A stretch of 64,000 nucleotides of DNA from contig CAWAGQ010000008.1 of NCBI GenBank assembly GCA_963781585.1, forward strand, positions 224,001 through 288,000, in the 5' to 3' direction. This document shows positions 59,286 through 64,000 of this stretch, piece by piece. Under the pieces are notes generated by a model, which was not told the DNA's origin, made no database searches, and saw nothing but the letters and a program-made list of their open reading frames with translations. Each line of letters begins with the position of its first letter. Positions within the stretch are counted from its first letter, which is position 1. Source of the DNA: an uncultured Gemmatimonadaceae bacterium (GTDB lineage Bacteria; Gemmatimonadota; Gemmatimonadetes; Gemmatimonadales; Gemmatimonadaceae). A program made the translations under genes and the position numbers.

Positions 59286-60332
59286 ATGCGAGTCTTGTTC
59301 TGCGGCGCCGCCACCACTCTCGTGGCGGCGCTCTCATCTGTGCAGGCGCAGAAGCCGGTAGCCATCACCCCCGAGCCCACGGAGCGCCACCTCACCAACG
59401 TCGTGCGGCTGACGGCCGGCGGCGAAAACGCCGAAGCGTACTTCAGCCACGACGGCCAGTGGATCACGTTCCAGACAACCCGCGACGGCTACCCGTGTGA
59501 TCAGCAGTACGTGATGCGCGTCGACGGCACTGCACTGCATCGCATTTCCAACGGCCGTGGGAAGACCACGTGTGGCTGGTTCTTCCCGGGAGACCGTCGA
59601 CTCTTCTTCGCGTCATCGCAGGCATACGACAGCGTCTGTCCGCCGCGACCCGACCCCTCGAAGGGATACGTCTGGGGACTGGACCGCTACGACATCTATA
59701 CGGTCAACCGGGACGGTACCGATTTGCGACGCCTCACCAACTACGGCGTCTACACGGCCGAAGGCGTGCTGTCTCCGGATGGAGGCAGGATTGTCTTCAC
59801 GTCGTTGAAGGATGGCGACCTTGAGATCTACACGATGAACGTCGACGGCTCCGACGTTCGCCGCCTAACGAACGCAGCTGGATACGACGGTGGGCCGTGG
59901 TGGTCGCCCGATGGCACCAAGATCGCGTATCGCGCCTACCATCCCACCGACCCCGCCGAACTCGCAGACTACCAGAGCCTGCTCCAGCAGCGGCTCGTCC
60001 GGCCGACCAAGATGGAACTCTGGGTGATGAATGCCGACGGAACCAACCAGCACCAGATCACCCACCTCGGTGGAGCGAACTTCGGACCTTCGTGGACCCC
60101 CGACGGCAAGCGCATCATCTTCTCATCAAACTACAAGAACCCGAAAAGCCGCAATTTCGATCTGTATCTAGTCAACCTCGACGGAACAAGGCTCGAGCAG
60201 ATCACCACGCATCCGGAGTTCGACGGCTTTCCGATGTTCAGCCCGGACGGCAGGAAACTCATCTGGGCCTCCAATCGAGACGCCGCGAGAGAGGGGGAAA
60301 CCAACCTCCTGATCGCCGACTGGAAGAACTAG
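59286..60332 (+). CDS. TolB-like PD40 beta-propeller, secreted
   Basis: 'GENAEAYFS', repeated 'SPDG..I.F.S', 'YDGGPWWSPDG' and 'FDGFPMFSPDG'. Confidence 0.9.
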   Translation: MRVLFCGAATTLVAALSSVQAQKPVAITPEPTERHLTNVVRLTAGGENAEAYFSHDGQWITFQTTRDGYPCDQQYVMRVDGTALHRISNGRGKTTCGWFFPGDRRLFFASSQAYDSVCPPRPDPSKGYVWGLDRYDIYTVNRDGTDLRRLTNYGVYTAEGVLSPDGGRIVFTSLKDGDLEIYTMNVDGSDVRRLTNAAGYDGGPWWSPDGTKIAYRAYHPTDPAELADYQSLLQQRLVRPTKMELWVMNADGTNQHQITHLGGANFGPSWTPDGKRIIFSSNYKNPKSRNFDLYLVNLDGTRLEQITTHPEFDGFPMFSPDGRKLIWASNRDAAREGETNLLIADWKN

Positions 60333-60830
60333 CTCTAACACGACCCGGCCGCGCATCCCGCTGAACTCCCCCACGAGAGGGCAGCGACTGATCTGCCTGA
60401 TCTGTCGTTGTCTGGAGGGCCGTGCCTTCCCTCCCCAAGGCAAGGGGGCTCCAACATCTCATGCGGCACGGCGCGCAGTCGGCTCACGCAGGGCAGTTGG
60501 CATTATTGTCGGAAGGTGTCGGGTGTCACGGCGCGCGGCTTAGAGTTGTGGTAGTTGGTTGCGCTCGGTGCCACAACGTTGTCGCTCGAATGCGCGTTAT
60601 GAACGCGGCCGCCCTTCGGAAATACAGTTCGATCCGGATTGCCCCTCAGCTTGGGGCAAGGTGTTTGCTGCGGCCGAGTCGGAGGGAGCCGCCAATCGGC
60701 TCGCACAGCTCCATGTATCACGGCACATGGTTGAGTGCCAAACTTGGCGATGTGACCTTTGGTGGTTACTTTTCAGGTGGCCCCGGTTCCCCAGCGGGGA
60801 AACGTTGGCTGCACCATCCAAGGAGGCCTA

Positions 60831-61040
60831 ATGCGCAAACCCCGTCCGGCGACATACAACCCCGCACAGGCTCTGCATCTCATCGCCAGCGACAGGAATG
60901 GTGCTCCGCTCAGCTGTCCGTCGTGCGCTGGCGCAATCGAACGCTCCCCGGCGCTCGTGCCACCGCCGCCGCGTTCGCACGTGACGCTGCGCTGCACGTC
61001 TTGTGGGCGGGTGGCCCGTTACATCGCCGGAGCTGCTTAG
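60831..61040 (+). CDS. Small zinc-ribbon protein (69 aa)
   Basis: AGGAGG RBS at 60821; CPSC...CTSC; followed by a hairpin. Confidence 0.7.
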   Translation: MRKPRPATYNPAQALHLIASDRNGAPLSCPSCAGAIERSPALVPPPPRSHVTLRCTSCGRVARYIAGAA

Positions 61041-61092
61041 CAGTTGCCGCCACCAGCAGCTCGTGCGTCACTCAGTTCCGCCAGGTAAGGAC

Positions 61093-61120
61093 CGCTCCCG
61101 ACATTGCCATGTCGGGAGCG
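61093..61120. terminator. Perfect 12-bp hairpin between the zinc-ribbon gene and the cold-shock gene
   Basis: cgctcccgacat-tgcc-atgtcgggagcg. Confidence 0.55.
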
Positions 61121-61252
61121 CGCTCGTTATGGGGCCGCAATACCGAGGGTTTGCTCGCTCCCATGATTCACATCCGCGCACTCGCCTCAGGCGTTTGCAT
61201 GCGGTGCATGTACTACCGTCAGCCCCCGGCAGTGGGGAAGAGGAACAGCTGC

Positions 61253-61459
61253 ATGACACGCATCAGCGGAACAGTGAAGTGGTTCAACGATGCCAAGGGC
61301 TTTGGCTTCATCTCCCGTGAGGGCGGGCCGGATGTTTTCGTCCATTTCAGTGCGATCCAGATGCCCGGCTTCAAGTCGCTTGCAGAGGGCGACCGGGTTG
61401 AGTTTGAAATCGTCCAGGGCCAGAAGGGACCGCAGGCCTCCGAAGTCGTGAAGGTGTAG
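61253..61459 (+). CDS. Cold-shock protein (CspA family)
   Basis: '[15 protein letters not shown]', 'DVFVHFSAI' and 'GQKGPQA'. Confidence 0.97.
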   Translation: MTRISGTVKWFNDAKGFGFISREGGPDVFVHFSAIQMPGFKSLAEGDRVEFEIVQGQKGPQASEVVKV

Positions 61460-61483
61460 ACCGCAACCTCACGCCAGAACAAC

Positions 61484-61524
61484 GCGCCCCCAAGAGCCGC
61501 AGGCCCTGGGGCGCTTTCGTTTGT
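61484..61524 (+). terminator. Intrinsic terminator after csp
   Basis: gcgcccc...ggggcgc stem followed by tttcgtttgt. Confidence 0.7.
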
Positions 61525-61862
61525 GACAACCACATGTCGTACCCAGGGACCGAATTACGCCGAGAGCCGCGATGTTGACAGGGACGCATAACTGTCGTAG
61601 ATGCTGGTAACAGTTACTATTCTGCCATTGTCGTGCTCGGTCCTCAAGATTCAACTGCAAGAAGCCCAAGACAACTCACACCCGCTGTGCCAGCACCTGC
61701 TTGCCCCGGGACTGCTTGCAAGTAAAGCACTGAGCTTTGGGCCGGGGCCCGGGCTGGGATGGGGCTCGTAACGAATCACTCGTCTAGTTCGTCACGTATT
61801 CGGTCGAAAACGGGTGTCATCCCTCGCCTTGCCCTCTCTTGCCCACTAATAGCCCCCCTGAG

Positions 61863-62147
61863 ATGCAGGGTCGCAGAATCCTCTACCGGCGCGAGCTTCC
61901 CGGTGGAGGATTCGTCAACGTTCACGAAGCGCCGGTCGCGGCGGGAGAACCGCACAGGGCGTACATCTCCGTGGAGCGTCGATCGGACCCGGAGCGGCGC
62001 GACGGGCATGCCGCACCCGTCATCGCTACTGCCGAAGGCACGTCGACTCACACCGTGTTTCGCCAGCTTCTCGAGATCGCCTCAGATAATGTCGCCATTG
62101 CACGCGCATTACTGCGATGGCAGTCCGATGGGAAGGCGCGGTTCTAG
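61863..62147 (+). CDS. Small hypothetical protein
   Basis: Protein-like composition, 'ILYRRELPGGGFV..VERRSDPERR..IASDNVAIARAL'. Confidence 0.6.
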   Translation: MQGRRILYRRELPGGGFVNVHEAPVAAGEPHRAYISVERRSDPERRDGHAAPVIATAEGTSTHTVFRQLLEIASDNVAIARALLRWQSDGKARF

Positions 62148-62284
62148 TCAGCAGTAAACGGTTGTCTGGGGTAACTCACCCTCTACCTGCTTCCAGGTCG
62201 CGGCAGCTCACTATTCCGCCATGCCTGTGAACTGCTGTGGCGGCGGATGGTCCTACCAGTCTCGCCCGGCGCTGCTCGGAAGTG

Positions 62285-62602
62285 TCAGCCGGCACCGAGG
62301 TGGGACGTCGCGCGCTCGAAGGGTAGCTCCATCTGCCGCATCTCGGTGTCTTGCCCGGCTGGCGATCGTCGACGCGTAGCGGGATCGCTGCAGACCCCCA
62401 GCAGATGTGCCGTCTGGTGGTACAGATGCAGCGCAAGCAGGGGGGCGACGAACGCGCGCCGCTGACCATCGGCAATCGCGACGGCTTCGTCTCGCACGGC
62501 GCGGGGAAGGGCTCGCGAAAGCGGATGCGCCAGGAGCGCACGGATGCGCTCGCAATCACGCGCGATCAGGGCACCGCAGAGTGAGTCGAGGAAGGCGAGC
62601 AC
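62285..62602 (-). CDS. Small hypothetical protein
   Basis: GGAGG RBS 4 nt before GTG; helical composition; ends 'QMELPF'. Confidence 0.55.
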   Translation of the reverse strand: MLAFLDSLCGALIARDCERIRALLAHPLSRALPRAVRDEAVAIADGQRRAFVAPLLALHLYHQTAHLLGVCSDPATRRRSPAGQDTEMRQMELPFERATSHLGAG

Positions 62603-62848
62603 GGCGCCTCCAAGGCTTTTTATGTAATTAACACCTTGCAACTAATATAACGGGCCGCCACACAATCCAAGACGTCACTGGAATGAACCGCACGTGCCGA
62701 CCACGTTCCCCATGCAGGCAGTCTGAAGAGTCATCGTCACACCGGCGTCACGCACCTGCAACGGCTGCGCCTAGATACCACCGGCCACGAATCTCGTTCC
62801 TCTCCATCGCCAGCCTTCGTCGACCTTCGACTCACCCCCACGCCTCCC

Positions 62849-63547
62849 TCAGAGGAGGTCAAACCGAACACCTCGCGGTCGCCGACGGCGCCGGCGCCGG
62901 CGAGCTGCGTACCGAAACAGCTGCGCGGGCCTCCCACGCCCCTCACTTCTCCATTCGTCGGTCGGTTCCACCAGCCACGCGGCGTGCAGCGCCCGTCGGA
63001 AACTCGCCTTATGCACCGGCCGCCCTAGCAGCAGTTCGTACACCTGCTGCAGATCACTCAGCGTGAATCGGGCCGGAAGGAGTCGGAACGGAATCGGCTC
63101 GTAGTCCATCCGCTGACGCAGTGCATTCAGCGCGGCACGGACCATCGCGTCTTGGCGGGCACCAAGTCCAGGCACGTCCTCGCTGTCTCTCCAACCAGCG
63201 GAACGCGCGATTTGATGACTCGTCCCGGACGGTGTCACCGATACGAAACACACCGACAGCGATGCGCCGCTCGGATGGTTCGCGGTTTCCGCAAACGCCC
63301 CCACCTGCTCCATCCACAACGCGTCCAGTCCAGCGACAGCTCTGGTGATGCGCCGCGCAACGGCATCAAGCGCCTCATGGGCCTGCGGAACCGCCCATGG
63401 AATTTCTCGGGTCCTCCCGCGTCGGTCCGGCGCCTCAACGCACAGCACCCCGAGCTTCCCCAGATAGGGCGTCACGACCACGACGTCTACCGTGTACCAC
63501 GATTGGCGCCCAGGTGCACGATGCGAAAGAATAGGCCGGTCGCGCAT
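62849..63547 (-). CDS. nrtR: NrtR-type regulator (degenerate Nudix domain plus winged helix)
   Basis: 'TVDVVV', 'WMEQVGAF', 'FRLLPARFTLSDLQQVYE', 'HKASFRR' and 'GRGRPAQLFR'. Confidence 0.85.
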   Translation of the reverse strand: MRDRPILSHRAPGRQSWYTVDVVVVTPYLGKLGVLCVEAPDRRGRTREIPWAVPQAHEALDAVARRITRAVAGLDALWMEQVGAFAETANHPSGASLSVCFVSVTPSGTSHQIARSAGWRDSEDVPGLGARQDAMVRAALNALRQRMDYEPIPFRLLPARFTLSDLQQVYELLLGRPVHKASFRRALHAAWLVEPTDEWRSEGRGRPAQLFRYAARRRRRRRRPRGVRFDLL

Positions 63548-63675
63548 GACGCGCGAATTAGTCACAAACTGAAACTTATGTCAAGCCCGCCATCCGCACG
63601 TTCTCCGGCCGATGGGCCGCGATTACCTCAGTCCCTCGCGCGCGGGATAGTATGGCGCACCACACCCGGCGTCAA

Positions 63676-64000
63676 TCACGGCGACGCACCTGCGCGCCTT
63701 GACCGTGTCAGCCCCGCACCCTTCGTCAGGTAGGGTGGAATCGAAACCGGAAGATGAGCGCTGATCGGTGTGATTCCGGTGAGTGCGCGCGCCGCCGCCC
63801 GCTGTGTAGCATTCATTCCCCCCCAAACTACCAGATACGTGGAAACGGACGGCGCCTGCGCCAGCAGGTACGGCGTGCCGAAGGAGATGAGAACCACCGG
63901 CAGTGCACGCGATTGAACCCGATCGAGCAGCAGGGCAAAGCTTCCCGGCGCGCTCGACGTTGCGGTGCTCGAACTGATGTTTACGTAACTCCCGACCACA
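63676..64000 (-). CDS. Glycoside hydrolase family 3 (beta-N-acetylhexosaminidase-like) C-terminal end, truncated at window edge
   Basis: 'VVLISFGTPYLL..YLVVWG..QRAAARALTG..ISAHLPVSIP..GAGL'. Confidence 0.75.
   Translation of the reverse strand, partial: VVGSYVNISSSTATSSAPGSFALLLDRVQSRALPVVLISFGTPYLLAQAPSVSTYLVVWGGMNATQRAAARALTGITPISAHLPVSIPPYLTKGAGLTRSRRAGASP

Larger units (their letters stand above)
438..59870. repeat. Dispersed 7/8-bp motif CGTTAGG(C)/(G)CCTAACG, at least 23 copies
   Basis: Copies read at 438, 1328, 1892, 8365, 8720, 11972, 16330, 26007, 27724, 29021, 29736, 31861, 32748, 34439, 36112, 39776, 41912, 45886, 47431, 52838, 54207, 55668, 59863. Confidence 0.85.

Noticed and set aside
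438..59870. TTAGG/TTAGGC resemblance to eukaryotic telomere repeats, or bldA-type TTA regulation
   Set aside because: Copies are single and dispersed inside bacterial genes, and they occur in several frames, antisense and intergenic positions.
60422..61252. 345-aa N-terminally extended cold-shock protein
   Set aside because: The extension is not protein-like and overlaps a better ORF; RBS and ATG at 61253 give a normal 68-aa Csp.

Overview
High-GC (roughly two-thirds G+C by eye) bacterial chromosomal segment with about 50 protein genes and one tRNA-Cys(GCA). The gene repertoire suggests Gemmatimonadota, but this is an inference from content only: membrane Hanks-type Ser/Thr kinases, a PP2C phosphatase, a VPS10/Asp-box propeller, carboxypeptidase-regulatory/TonB-plug proteins, a Tat-signal TldD with PmbA, and futalosine-pathway MqnD. 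Functional blocks: cytochrome oxidase copper assembly at the left edge; a dispersed 3-ketoglycoside-type sugar oxidation set (DUF1080, MFS permease, Gfo/Idh/MocA, GMC plus Tat subunit); a nitrogen block (frameshifted ggt, sigma54-type promoter, GSIII, GSI, two Ser/Thr dehydratases); and a MerR-SDR-RepA-like operon. I saw no integrase, transposase, phage gene or CRISPR array. The most striking unexplained signal is a non-palindromic motif, CGTTAGG(C), found at least 23 times on both strands. It sits in several reading frames and forces otherwise rare TTA/CTA/AGG codons, as a DNA-uptake-sequence-like or HIP1-like genome-wide signal would. Other unexplained structures are a 22-bp GTAG-REP-like tandem array, degenerate heptamer repeats in intergenic regions and a G-quadruplex-capable tract. 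Start codons were picked by eye and are approximate.
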